DNA from: Caldimicrobium thiodismutans
Lineage (GTDB): Bacteria; Desulfobacterota; Thermodesulfobacteria; Thermodesulfobacteriales; Thermodesulfobacteriaceae
DNA length: 32,000 nucleotides
Reading direction: 5' to 3'
Assembly (NCBI RefSeq): GCF_001548275.1
Contig: NZ_AP014945.1
Coordinates: 1,440,001 to 1,472,000, forward strand
Below are positions 1 to 7,605 of the stretch, piece by piece. Made by a program: the position numbers and the translations under genes. The notes beneath the pieces are model-generated. The model saw only the letters and a program-made list of their open reading frames with translations. It did not search any database and had not been told where the DNA came from. The stretch's first letter is position 1, and the number at the start of each line of letters is the position of its first letter.

Positions 1-378
1 ATAAAATTCAGGGAGACTTGGAAATTCTTCACTATCCATGACTGAAAGCTCGTAGAGCTCCTTTTCTTCTTCATCTCTTATGATGAGACGAGAGTCCTCT
101 TTAAGGAGATAGACCTCCTCTTCAGGAAAGTCTTTAATTATTTCAAGGAATCTTCGGCAGGGGACGCAAAAGGAGAGCCTTTCTCCTTCAATATCTGCAG
201 GCACTCTTCCTCTGAAACCCTGTTCAAGGTCAGTTGTAGTGATATAGAGGGTTTTTTCTTCTGGTTCAAAGTTGAGAAGAGCCATTGAGAGAACAGCCAT
301 GGAGGCCTTTTTATCAGCTACTCCATCTGCCCTTTTTAGAAGCTTTTCAAGGTGCGATTTGTCAAGTTTAGCCTGCAT
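1..378 (-). CDS. dnaN: DNA polymerase III beta sliding clamp, N-terminal 126 codons (gene runs off the window start)
   Basis: Absent from the ORF track because it is edge-truncated. My translation from the ATG at 378-376 is MQAKLDKSHLEKLLKRADGVADKKASMAVLSMALLNFEPEEKTLYITTTDLEQGFRGRVPADIEGERLSFCVPCRRFLEIIKDFPEEE... It follows the DnaN domain-1 pattern (TxTDLE, F.VP.R.F.EI.K..P, EFP.LP). Confidence 0.8.
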   Translation of the reverse strand, partial: MQAKLDKSHLEKLLKRADGVADKKASMAVLSMALLNFEPEEKTLYITTTDLEQGFRGRVPADIEGERLSFCVPCRRFLEIIKDFPEEEVYLLKEDSRLIIRDEEEKELYELSVMDSEEFPSLPEFY

Positions 379-408
379 AGGAGCCCCCTTGCGTGAAAAT
401 TTTTATAT

Positions 409-436
409 ATTATAGCACAATCCCCTTTTTTGTCAC
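409..436 (-). promoter_or_regulatory. Putative sigma70-type promoter for dnaN (-35 GTGACA, 16-nt spacer, extended -10 TGcTATAAT)
   Basis: The minus strand reads GTGACA (436-431), then 16 nt, then TGC TATAAT (417-409). It lies about 30 nt upstream of the dnaN ATG. Confidence 0.45.
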
Positions 437-511
437 CCTTTTTAGGGATTTTGCCCTTTATTTTTTGAATTTTTTGAATATAATAAAAAGAAAACATGCG
501 GAGGAAGATAA

Positions 512-1198
512 ATGCAAGGCCCTAACCTTAGCTCTGAAGAGCTGAATGAGGCAATTAAAGGGGTTTTTCGGAGTAGTTTTGGGGAGGAATTCAAAGAAAG
601 TATTAGCGCTGAGATATGGGCAAAACTTGAGGAAAAGTTTCTTGAATTTATGGAAAATAGGCTAAAGATAAGTGTTGAGCGACAAAAGGAGTTAACTCTT
701 CTTGAGAGAATTGTTCGTGTGGAAGAGGAATTGAAGGCTTTAAGGGAGCTTGAAGAAAAGAGATTTGAAAGTTTGATGAGAGAGATGAATGCAAGATTTG
801 AGGCTATGAATGAAAGGTTTGAGGCCTCACAGAAGGAGATGAACACCCGCTTTGAGGCTACGAATGCCAGATTTGAGGCTTTACAGAAGGATATGAACAC
901 TCGCTTTGAGGCTTTACAGAAAGAAATGAATACTCGCTTTGAAGCTATGAATGCCAGATTTGAGGCTTTACAAATAGACATGAACACCCGCTTTGAGGCT
1001 ATGAATGCTAGATTTGAGGCTTTGCAGAGGGATATGAACAGCCGCTTTGAGGCTCTGCAGAAGGAGATGAATGCCCGCTTTGAGGCTATGAATGCCAGAT
1101 TTGAGGCTTTAGAAAAGCGGATGAATTTTATGCAATGGCTGATCACAGGGGGCTTTGCCTTCTTGGGGGTGCTTTTAGCCCTTCTTAAGTTTCTTTAA
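512..1198 (+). CDS. Tail-anchored coiled-coil repeat protein (paralog P1), with 12 MNxRFEA-type units and a C-terminal TM helix
   Basis: A GGAGGAAG RBS lies 6 nt upstream of the ATG. The C-terminal hydrophobic segment is WLITGGFAFLGVLLALLKFL. The core LLERIVRVEEELKALRE is shared with the ORFs at 7189-7605 and 12955-13200. The architecture resembles DUF1640/Bdr-like tail-anchored coiled coils, but I cannot verify family membership. Confidence 0.8.
   Translation: MQGPNLSSEELNEAIKGVFRSSFGEEFKESISAEIWAKLEEKFLEFMENRLKISVERQKELTLLERIVRVEEELKALRELEEKRFESLMREMNARFEAMNERFEASQKEMNTRFEATNARFEALQKDMNTRFEALQKEMNTRFEAMNARFEALQIDMNTRFEAMNARFEALQRDMNSRFEALQKEMNARFEAMNARFEALEKRMNFMQWLITGGFAFLGVLLALLKFL
785..1120 (+). 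repeat. In-frame tandem coding repeats (21-nt and 33-nt units, 54-nt super-unit) inside P1
   Basis: Two unit types alternate, separated by ttacagaaggag-like spacers: atgaatgccagatttgaggct (MNARFEA) and atgaacacccgctttgaggct (MNTRFEA). RFEA occurs 12 times. Confidence 0.9.
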
Positions 1199-1277
1199 AG
1201 AATTTTGTTAATTCTATCTTTCCTTCTGGCTCTTAGATTCAAATTTTTTCCCTTTATATTTTTTCCAATTTTTGAGG

Positions 1278-1306
1278 TTGACCCAGAGGAAAATAATAAT
1301 TATGAT
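1278..1306 (+). promoter_or_regulatory. Putative promoter for the copper ATPase gene (-35 TTGACC, 17 nt, -10 TATGAT)
   Basis: TTGACC is at 1278-1283 and TATGAT at 1301-1306, about 33 nt upstream of the ATG at 1339. Confidence 0.4.
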
Positions 1307-1338
1307 ATTTAAAGTTTTAAGAAGTTGAGAGGGATGCT

Positions 1339-3363
1339 ATGGAAAGGGTTACCCTTAAAGTTGAGGGAATGACTTGTGTAAATTGTGCTAAGGCTATTGA
1401 GATCTCCTTACAAAAACTTAAAGGTGTAAAAAGGGTTGAGGTCTCTTTTGAACTTGGAAGGGTCTCTGTGGATTTTGAAGAGGAGTTTTTAAGTCTTGAA
1501 GAAATAAAGAAAGTTATTGAAGACCTTGGATATAAAGTAGCTTCTGGTGTCAAAAAGAAGGACTATCAAAGGGAAATCCTTGGCTTTTCCTTTCTAGCAA
1601 GTCTGGCAATTATGGGGCTCATGTTTTATCATCATCCCGTTAGCCTCTTTCTTCAGGCTTTACTCAGTATCTCTATTCAAATTATTGGTGGTTACAGATT
1701 TTATAAAGGGGCTTATGCAAGCCTTCGGGCAGGGATTGGGAACATGGATGTCCTTGTTGCCCTTGGAACCACATCAGCCCTTATTTATAGTCTTCTTGCC
1801 GTATTTAAGTTCCTTCCAGGGGAGCCCTTTTTTGAGACCAATGCTTTTCTCATTGCCTTTGTGAGGCTTGGAAAATACATTGAAGAGCGATCAAGAACCC
1901 GGGCCCTGAATCTTCTCAAAGAGCTTTTTGCTATACAAACCGCAAAGGTTATAATCTTAACCCCTGATGGAGAAAAAGAGGTATCTGTGAGTGAGGTTCT
2001 ACCAGGAGATATCCTTATAGTTAAGCCAGGAGATCTTATTCCTCTGGATAGCCTTGTGGAGGAGGGTTCTCTTGAGGTGGATGAATCCCTTATAACAGGG
2101 GAGAGCGTGCCTGTTTTAAAGAAAAAGGGAGATGCCCTTATTTCTGGAAGCCTTGTAGTAAATGGATTTGCTAAGGCTAAGGTTTCTGCTCTCCTTGAGA
2201 GAAGTTATATCTCCATGCTTTTGAATCTCGTTGAAGAGGCCTTGAGGCATAAACCTGGTATTCAAAGAATTGCAGACCTCGTTGCCCATTACTTTGTTCA
2301 AGCCATAGTTTTACTCTCTATTGGTATCTTTTTTTTCTGGTTTTTCAGAGGTGAGGGGATAGTTACAAGTTTTAATTTTGCTTTATCTGTGCTCGTTATT
2401 TCTTGTCCCTGTGCCTTCGGGCTTGCAGTTCCTTTAGGAATCTCCATTGGTCTGACAAGAGCCTTTAGAAGGGGTTTGCTTGTAAAAGATCCTTCTGTTT
2501 TTGAGAAGGCTAAGGAGATAAAGGTTTTAATCCTTGATAAAACCGGGACCCTTACAGAGGGGAAACCTCATATAGTTGATTTTAAGGTTTATGAAGAGGG
2601 AGCACTTTCTCTTGCCCTTGCCCTTGCTCAGACCTCCAAGCATCCCTATTCAAGGGCTATTGTTGAATTTACCCGGGAAAAAGGAATCCACCCAGCTGAG
2701 ATTGGAGAGTGCAGGGAGGAGCCCGGAAGAGGAATCTTTTGTGGAGAGTTTTTTCTGGGAAGGGATGAATTTGCCAGGGGGCTTGTGCTTAAAAGGGGTG
2801 AGAAAGTGCTTGCAGAATTTTGGGCAGAGGACAAAATTAGGGAATCTACACGAGAAATTCTTGATTACATAAGGGGCCTTGGGATTGAGCCAGTTCTTGC
2901 CACAGGAGACACCCCGGAGAGAGCCAGAGGGGTAGCTCAGGCCCTTGGAATTGAAAGAGTCTATGCAGGAGTCAGACCTCAGGATAAACTGAGGCTAATT
3001 GAAGAAGAACAGTCAAGAGGGGTAAAAGTGGCTATGGTGGGAGATGGTATAAATGATGCCCCTGCCCTTGCTAAGGCGGACCTTTCCTTTGTCATGGCTG
3101 AAGGAGTGGATCTTTCCAAAAGAATAGGAGATGTGGTCCTTATTTCCGGGTTAAAGGGGATCCAGGCCTTTTTTGAGATCGCTTTCTTATTAAGAAGAAG
3201 AATTTTTCAAAACTTATTCTGGGCCTTTATTTACAATCTGATTGGCATACCTATCGCAGGGGGACTTCTCTATTCCTATGGCATAGTGCTTAAACCTGAG
3301 ATTGCTGGTCTTATGATGGCCTTTTCCTCAGTAAGTGTGGTGTTAAATTCCATTAGAAAGTAA
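1339..3363 (+). CDS. copA: Cu(I)-translocating P1B-type ATPase
   Basis: The N-terminal HMA domain has GMTCVNC. The TM6 CPC motif is SCPCAFGLAVP. Also present are DKTGTLT, SKHP, GDGINDAPAL, a TM7 YN motif (FIYNLIGIP) and a TM8 MxxSS motif (MMAFSSVS). Confidence 0.92.
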   Translation: MERVTLKVEGMTCVNCAKAIEISLQKLKGVKRVEVSFELGRVSVDFEEEFLSLEEIKKVIEDLGYKVASGVKKKDYQREILGFSFLASLAIMGLMFYHHPVSLFLQALLSISIQIIGGYRFYKGAYASLRAGIGNMDVLVALGTTSALIYSLLAVFKFLPGEPFFETNAFLIAFVRLGKYIEERSRTRALNLLKELFAIQTAKVIILTPDGEKEVSVSEVLPGDILIVKPGDLIPLDSLVEEGSLEVDESLITGESVPVLKKKGDALISGSLVVNGFAKAKVSALLERSYISMLLNLVEEALRHKPGIQRIADLVAHYFVQAIVLLSIGIFFFWFFRGEGIVTSFNFALSVLVISCPCAFGLAVPLGISIGLTRAFRRGLLVKDPSVFEKAKEIKVLILDKTGTLTEGKPHIVDFKVYEEGALSLALALAQTSKHPYSRAIVEFTREKGIHPAEIGECREEPGRGIFCGEFFLGRDEFARGLVLKRGEKVLAEFWAEDKIRESTREILDYIRGLGIEPVLATGDTPERARGVAQALGIERVYAGVRPQDKLRLIEEEQSRGVKVAMVGDGINDAPALAKADLSFVMAEGVDLSKRIGDVVLISGLKGIQAFFEIAFLLRRRIFQNLFWAFIYNLIGIPIAGGLLYSYGIVLKPEIAGLMMAFSSVSVVLNSIRK

Positions 3364-3368
3364 GCTTT

Positions 3369-4166
3369 ATGTCTCAGGTTTTAGTTATTGCAGGATTTGA
3401 CCCCTCAGGTGGAGCAGGTCTTTTGATGGATGTGAAGGTTTTAACCCTGCAGGGCATGCAGGTCTCTGCAGTGCCTTCAGCTCTTACCTTTCAGAGCTAT
3501 TCCCGTTTTGAGGATTGGATTCCTCTGAATAGCCTGACCTTTGAAAGGTTTCTTAAAATAATTTTTGAGGATCTAAGGGTAGAGGGTATAAAATTGGGTA
3601 TGCTTGCAACCCCGGAGATTGTGGAAAAAACAGCCTTTTATATAGAGAGATATAAGGTGCAGATTAAGTGGGTTGTTGCTGATCCAGTGCTTAAGGCAAC
3701 TCTAAATAAGGCCCTTTTCCAGGGTAAGGACTATCTTGAGGTCCTTAAGGGGAGGCTCTTTCCTCTTGTGGATGTCCTAACTCCAAATGTCCCTGAAGCA
3801 GAGAAACTAACTGGCATTAAAATTAGAGATCATGCTGAAGCCAGAAGGGCTCTTAAGGTCTTGCAGGATTCAGGGATTAGATTTCCGGTGCTTACAGGTT
3901 TTAAGGGTGAGAACAGGATCTATATCCTCTTTTTGAATGAGAAGGGAAGGGTGAAGGGTTTTTCTGTTAAGAGTTTACCAGCTGAATTTCATGGCACAGG
4001 CTGTGCCCTTTCTTCTGCAATTTTAGCCTATCTTATGAAAGGCTATCCCCTGGATTTAGCCCTAAAAAAGGGGCTAACCTGGTTATGGAAAAGGTTAAAA
4101 AGGAGTTTTAATAGAAAGTTAGAGCTTCAAGGCTCTGGGAATTTACAACTACTTCCCTTTCTTTAA
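3369..4166 (+). CDS. thiD: Hydroxymethylpyrimidine/phosphomethylpyrimidine kinase
   Basis: Motifs VLVIAGFDPSGGAGLLMDVKV, LTPNVPEAEKLTG and GTGCALSSAILAYL are typical of ThiD (PfkB fold). Confidence 0.85.
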   Translation: MSQVLVIAGFDPSGGAGLLMDVKVLTLQGMQVSAVPSALTFQSYSRFEDWIPLNSLTFERFLKIIFEDLRVEGIKLGMLATPEIVEKTAFYIERYKVQIKWVVADPVLKATLNKALFQGKDYLEVLKGRLFPLVDVLTPNVPEAEKLTGIKIRDHAEARRALKVLQDSGIRFPVLTGFKGENRIYILFLNEKGRVKGFSVKSLPAEFHGTGCALSSAILAYLMKGYPLDLALKKGLTWLWKRLKRSFNRKLELQGSGNLQLLPFL

Positions 4167-4171
4167 GGGAT

Positions 4172-4204
4172 AAAAAATAAAAAAGGGCAGGTGAACACCT
4201 GCCC
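4172..4204 (-). terminator. Intrinsic terminator of the porin gene in the convergent thiD/porin gap
   Basis: A 9-bp stem GGGCAGGTG/CACCTGCCC spans 4185-4204. On the minus strand it is followed by a T-rich run (complement of aaaaaataaaaaa). Confidence 0.7.
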
Positions 4205-4223
4205 TTAAGGATTCTATGCTGGT

Positions 4224-5630
4224 TTAGAACTGGGTCTGGATGTAGAGATACCAGTCAGTAATGGAGTCTTCGTATTTAGTGGCAGGAGTGGTTCCAGATC
4301 TCTTTAAGAAGGCTTTGGCAGCGCCATCATACTGGACATTGTCAAAGCCAAGGGAGACTCTTGCAGCCTGGCCCTTGATGTAGTAATTGAGGGCAACACC
4401 CCATCTGGAGATCTCAAGATCTTTCTTGTGCACAACCGAAGTATCGGTCTCATAAGCATACTCGCCATCAGCCTTGGTTTTTTCATATCTGAAGGCAAGG
4501 GCTGGCTTTCCAAAACCAACCATCTGGTCAAAAAGAAGCTGTCCCTGAACATACCAGATCTCTGTATCTCCTTTCTTGGGACGCGCATCTGCAATCTCTC
4601 CATCTTCAATTATATATTTATAATATCCGTGGGTTTCATCAAGGGAGATATAACCCACCTGGAGATTGGGAACAAGGTTTCCAAACTTCTTTTCAAAGGT
4701 TGCATCAATGGTCCAGCCAGTTCTGTCAAGGGTCTTGTTATCTAAATCCGCAAGGGGTGGTGTATGTTTTTCCCTGTGATAGCCAAGGCCTATAACAAAG
4801 ATATCTTTGGCACCAAGGGTTGTATCAGCGGATTTTGCGGTAATGGTTGCTGCAGAATCAGGCTTAAAACCAAGCATTAGAGGCTGAAACTCAACTCTTG
4901 CATTCCACTCAAAATTCTTCTTATCATTGAGTTTCTTACCAGTTTGGATGGATGAATCTGTCCACCCCGCCCAGTATGGTATATTCACCCAGCTCCATGT
5001 TACATTACCATCTGGCAAATAATTCAATCTTCTCTCCGTTCTCACCAACTCAGTTCCCACCCAAATCTTATTTGCAGTGGATCTATCCTCATTGAATATA
5101 CCGATTCTGTAATTGAGGATACCTCCTGCAAGGTCTCCATGGAACATAAGCCCAAAATCAGTCCTATCAAGACCTAAACGAGCTCTACCTAAAATTCCCT
5201 GAGGATCAAAAAAGCTATCACTGGGAACAAGCAGGGCATAACCAGAGACAATCTGGTCCCTGGTAAAGGGCTTCCTGATCTTTCCCATAAGAACCTGAAA
5301 TTCCTTGGCAAAGGCAAAATTAACCCCCGCTTCACCAATCTGATCAGTTGTCCTTTCCTGATCAAACTCTCCATAGAACTGAACAAGCTTATTCACCTGC
5401 CCTGTAAAATAAATCTTGGCTTGACCAACTCTAAATTCATTCCGACTCCAGCCACCAGAAGTTGTTGAATTTGAGCGCTTGTCATAATTATTATACCAGA
5501 TCTTCATGTTCAGACCGAAATTAGCCCAGGTCTCATCACTGACCTTGATCTGAGCAGCATTAGCTTCCACCACATAACCTAAAGCCAAAACTCCTGCCAA
5601 ACCTAAAACCTTCCACCTTGCTACCTTCAT
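4224..5630 (-). CDS. Outer-membrane beta-barrel porin-like protein
   Basis: The signal peptide is MKVARWKVLGLAGVLALGYVVEANA. Amphipathic beta-strand patterns alternate, and the protein ends in an aromatic residue (YLYIQTQF), as OMP beta-barrels do. Confidence 0.75.
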   Translation of the reverse strand: MKVARWKVLGLAGVLALGYVVEANAAQIKVSDETWANFGLNMKIWYNNYDKRSNSTTSGGWSRNEFRVGQAKIYFTGQVNKLVQFYGEFDQERTTDQIGEAGVNFAFAKEFQVLMGKIRKPFTRDQIVSGYALLVPSDSFFDPQGILGRARLGLDRTDFGLMFHGDLAGGILNYRIGIFNEDRSTANKIWVGTELVRTERRLNYLPDGNVTWSWVNIPYWAGWTDSSIQTGKKLNDKKNFEWNARVEFQPLMLGFKPDSAATITAKSADTTLGAKDIFVIGLGYHREKHTPPLADLDNKTLDRTGWTIDATFEKKFGNLVPNLQVGYISLDETHGYYKYIIEDGEIADARPKKGDTEIWYVQGQLLFDQMVGFGKPALAFRYEKTKADGEYAYETDTSVVHKKDLEISRWGVALNYYIKGQAARVSLGFDNVQYDGAAKAFLKRSGTTPATKYEDSITDWYLYIQTQF

Positions 5631-5673
5631 AACCCACCTCCTTTAAGTTTTTTTCTTTTTTAACTTAGGGGTA

Positions 5674-5702
5674 TATATAACAAACTCTTTTAAATTTGTC
5701 AA
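5674..5702 (-). promoter_or_regulatory. Putative porin promoter (-35 TTGACA, 17 nt, -10 TATATA)
   Basis: The minus strand has TTGACA at 5702-5697 and TATATA at 5679-5674, about 45 nt upstream of the ATG at 5630. Confidence 0.45.
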
Positions 5703-5910
5703 GGGGAAATTTTTAAAAATTTTTTTCAAATTTTTCAAAAAGTAACTCCTGTAGCAGGATTTCAAGCAAATTTACAGATAATATTAACTTTAAATATTTT
5801 TATTAAATTAGTCAATGTTTAAAATTGCCTCTCATAATTTATAAATCCAAAATATTTTGCAAAACCCTTTTTTTTCTCTTATTTTTGTAAATTCTTCCTC
5901 TTTTTCTCCC

Positions 5911-6014
5911 CTATAGGCTTCATGGATTCACATTCTTATAATAAAAAGGAGGGGTGGAAAAAGGTAAAAAGGTTGGGAGGCAGATTTGAGGCTTAAAAGA
6001 CATAGGCACATATA
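5911..6014 (+). mobile_element. Short (~100 bp), diverged copy of the MITE-like element (copy 0), little more than the two termini
   Basis: The 5' part TATAGGCTTCATGGATTCA...GGGGTGGAAAAAGGTAAAAAGG aligns with TGCATAAGTTCATATCCTTACA...GGGTGGTAAAAGGTAAAAG of copy 1. The 3' part GAGGCTTAAAAGACATAGGCACATATA matches GAGTCTCAAAAGATATGGACGCATACA at 20 of 27 positions. Confidence 0.55.
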
Positions 6015-6016
6015 TT

Positions 6017-6200
6017 TGCATAAGTTCATATCCTTACAAGAAAAAGGGTGGTAAAAGGTAAAAGTAAAAGTAGGGGAAGTTCCTTGCGTGTCTGCCCTGT
6101 GTAGGGGTTTAAAATTTTAAACCCTTGTAGGGGTTCAAGATTTTGAACCCCTACATTGATGTAAAATCCTTTCGAGTCTCAAAAGATATGGACGCATACA
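6017..6200 (+). mobile_element. MITE-like element copy 1 (184 bp) with a REP-like double-hairpin interior
   Basis: Termini are TGCATAAGTTCATATCCTTACAAG... and ...GAGTCTCAAAAGATATGGACGCATACA. These form imperfect inverted repeats (14 of 19 outer positions) and are shared with the copies at 12529, 13412, 25313 and 31273. Confidence 0.75.
6104..6154. repeat. Two adjacent GTAGGGG-footed palindromic hairpins (REP/BIME-like) inside copy 1
   Basis: GGGGTTTAAAATTTTAAACCC spans 6104-6124. GTAGGGGTTCAAGATTTTGAACCCCTAC spans 6127-6154 with a 12-bp perfect stem. Confidence 0.8.
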
Positions 6201-6241
6201 TATATCTGGTTTTACTTTAAAATGGGAGTAAAATAATAAAA

Positions 6242-7153
6242 ATGAGGCTTTTTCAGATATTTGAAACCTTAAGAAAGTATCTTTCAGGGAAGGAAAGTGC
6301 TCTTGAGCTTACACTTATAACCCTTCTTGCAAGAGGCCATCTTCTTATTGAGGATCTTCCAGGGGTTGGTAAGACAACCCTTGCCCTATCCTTAGCTAAG
6401 ATTCTTGGGCTTTCCTTTTCTCGCATACAGGGAACAAGTGATCTCCTTCCTTCGGATATAACCGGGGCCTCAATTTACAATAAAAAACTTGAGAGTTTTG
6501 AGTTTCATCCCGGGCCAATTTTTGCCCATATTGTGCTTGTGGATGAGATTAATCGTATGAGCCCTAAGACTCAAAGTGCCCTTCTTGAACCTATGGAGGA
6601 GGGGCAGGTGACAGTGGATGGAGTTTCCTATCCCCTGCCCAGGCCTTTCTTTCTTATAGCCACTCAGAATCCCATAGAATATTATGGAACCTTTCCCCTT
6701 CCTGAAGCCCAGCTTGACCGCTTTTTAATGAAGATTTCCATAGGCTATCCCCCAAGAGATCTTGAAAGGGAAATTCTTAAAAGGGGAAGTCTCAAAGAGG
6801 AACTTTCTGAGATTCCCTCTCTTTTCTCACCAGAGGAAATTTTAAGGCTTCAGGAGGAGGTAAAAGAGGTCTATGTTTCAGAGAAGGTGCTTGATTATGT
6901 GCTTGATATAGTTTCTGAAACAAGAAAAAGCCCCTTTTTAAGATATGGTCTTTCCACAAGGGGAGCTCTCCTTCTTCTTGAGGCTTCAAAGGCAAGGGCC
7001 TATCTCTATGAGAGGGACTATGTTCTTCCTGAGGATATAAAGGCCCTTTCTTCCTTTGTGCTCCCCCACAGGCTTGGATTTAAGGAAGAATATGAGGGTG
7101 AAAAGGACCTTTTAATAATAAAAATCCTTGAAGAGATAAAGATTCCTCTTTGA
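6242..7153 (+). CDS. moxR: MoxR-like AAA+ ATPase
   Basis: Walker A is EDLPGVGKTTLA and Walker B is VLVDEINRMSPKTQSALLEPMEE. The ATQNP motif is present. Genomic context is DUF58 plus transglutaminase. Confidence 0.9.
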   Translation: MRLFQIFETLRKYLSGKESALELTLITLLARGHLLIEDLPGVGKTTLALSLAKILGLSFSRIQGTSDLLPSDITGASIYNKKLESFEFHPGPIFAHIVLVDEINRMSPKTQSALLEPMEEGQVTVDGVSYPLPRPFFLIATQNPIEYYGTFPLPEAQLDRFLMKISIGYPPRDLEREILKRGSLKEELSEIPSLFSPEEILRLQEEVKEVYVSEKVLDYVLDIVSETRKSPFLRYGLSTRGALLLLEASKARAYLYERDYVLPEDIKALSSFVLPHRLGFKEEYEGEKDLLIIKILEEIKIPL

Positions 7154-7188
7154 TTTCAGAAAAAGTGACCTTATAATTAATAAATAAA

Positions 7189-7605
7189 ATGGAGGATAGC
7201 GCTATGGAAAATCTGGCTGAGCTTGAAAATAAGCTCTTTCAAGGAATTCTTCCCCGTATAGAAGAAAAAATTTTTAAGGAGCTTGATAAGAAGTTTGAGG
7301 AAAGCCTTGAAGAGAAAATAAGGGAGCTTTTTGAAAGGCGTCTGAGAATCAATCTTGAGAGACTCAATGAAAATACTCTTCTTGAGAGAATTATTCGGGT
7401 GGAAGAGGAGCTTAAAGCCCTCCGGGAAGCCCAGAATCTCATGCTTGAGATGATGAACAGGAGATTTGAAGATGTAAATAAAAGATTTGACGACATGAAT
7501 AAAAGATTTGATGATCTTTTCAAACTTCTCAGTCTCTGGATGAAGATAATTGGCTTTGGCCTTGCCTTTCTGGGACTTCTTATGACTATTTATAGGTTTT
7601 GGTAA
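7189..7605 (+). CDS. Tail-anchored coiled-coil protein (paralog P2), with three 7-aa (M/V)N(R/K)RF(E/D)D units (MNRRFED, VNKRFDD, MNKRFDD) and a C-terminal TM helix
   Basis: It shares LLERIIRVEEELKALRE with P1 and P3 and has the C-terminal TM segment IIGFGLAFLGLLMTIYRFW. The true start may be the ATG at 7204, which has GGAGGA 7 nt upstream. Confidence 0.75.
   Translation: MEDSAMENLAELENKLFQGILPRIEEKIFKELDKKFEESLEEKIRELFERRLRINLERLNENTLLERIIRVEEELKALREAQNLMLEMMNRRFEDVNKRFDDMNKRFDDLFKLLSLWMKIIGFGLAFLGLLMTIYRFW

Noticed and set aside
379-511. A replication origin (oriC) next to dnaN.
   Set aside because: I could not see clustered DnaA-box-like 9-mers (TTATCCACA or its complement). dnaA is also not adjacent; the upstream neighbour is the divergent P1 gene. 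The region is better explained by two divergent promoters plus an element relic.
442-1146. A 234-aa antisense ORF covers the P1 repeat array. Similar antisense or alternative-frame ORFs lie at 7177-7617, 7239-7523 and 12917-13207.
   Set aside because: These ORFs stay open only because the repeat periodicity avoids stop codons on the opposite strand. They lack an RBS. Their products are low-complexity mirror images (KASNLAFIASKRVFIS...). The sense-strand ORFs have an RBS, a C-terminal TM anchor and conservation between paralogs.
3364-3368. A TPP riboswitch upstream of thiD.
   Set aside because: Only 5 nt separate the copA stop from the thiD start, which leaves no room for a riboswitch. thiD appears to be translationally linked to copA.
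2116-5386. Short internal or antisense ORFs inside copA and the porin gene (2116-2301, 2576-2872, 2646-2834, 4304-4609, 4428-4745, 5189-5386). The same applies to ORFs inside other long genes (6792-6995, 8569-8760, 11681-11974, 18564-19344, 24170-25187 and others).
   Set aside because: All are embedded in long ORFs that have clear family signatures on the other frame or strand. None has an RBS or a recognisable motif.
6100-6155. A possible mini-CRISPR array formed by the repeated GTAGGGG... palindromes.
   Set aside because: There are only two adjacent units with a 2-nt gap. There are no spacers of regular length and no cas genes. The units lie inside a TIR-bounded element.
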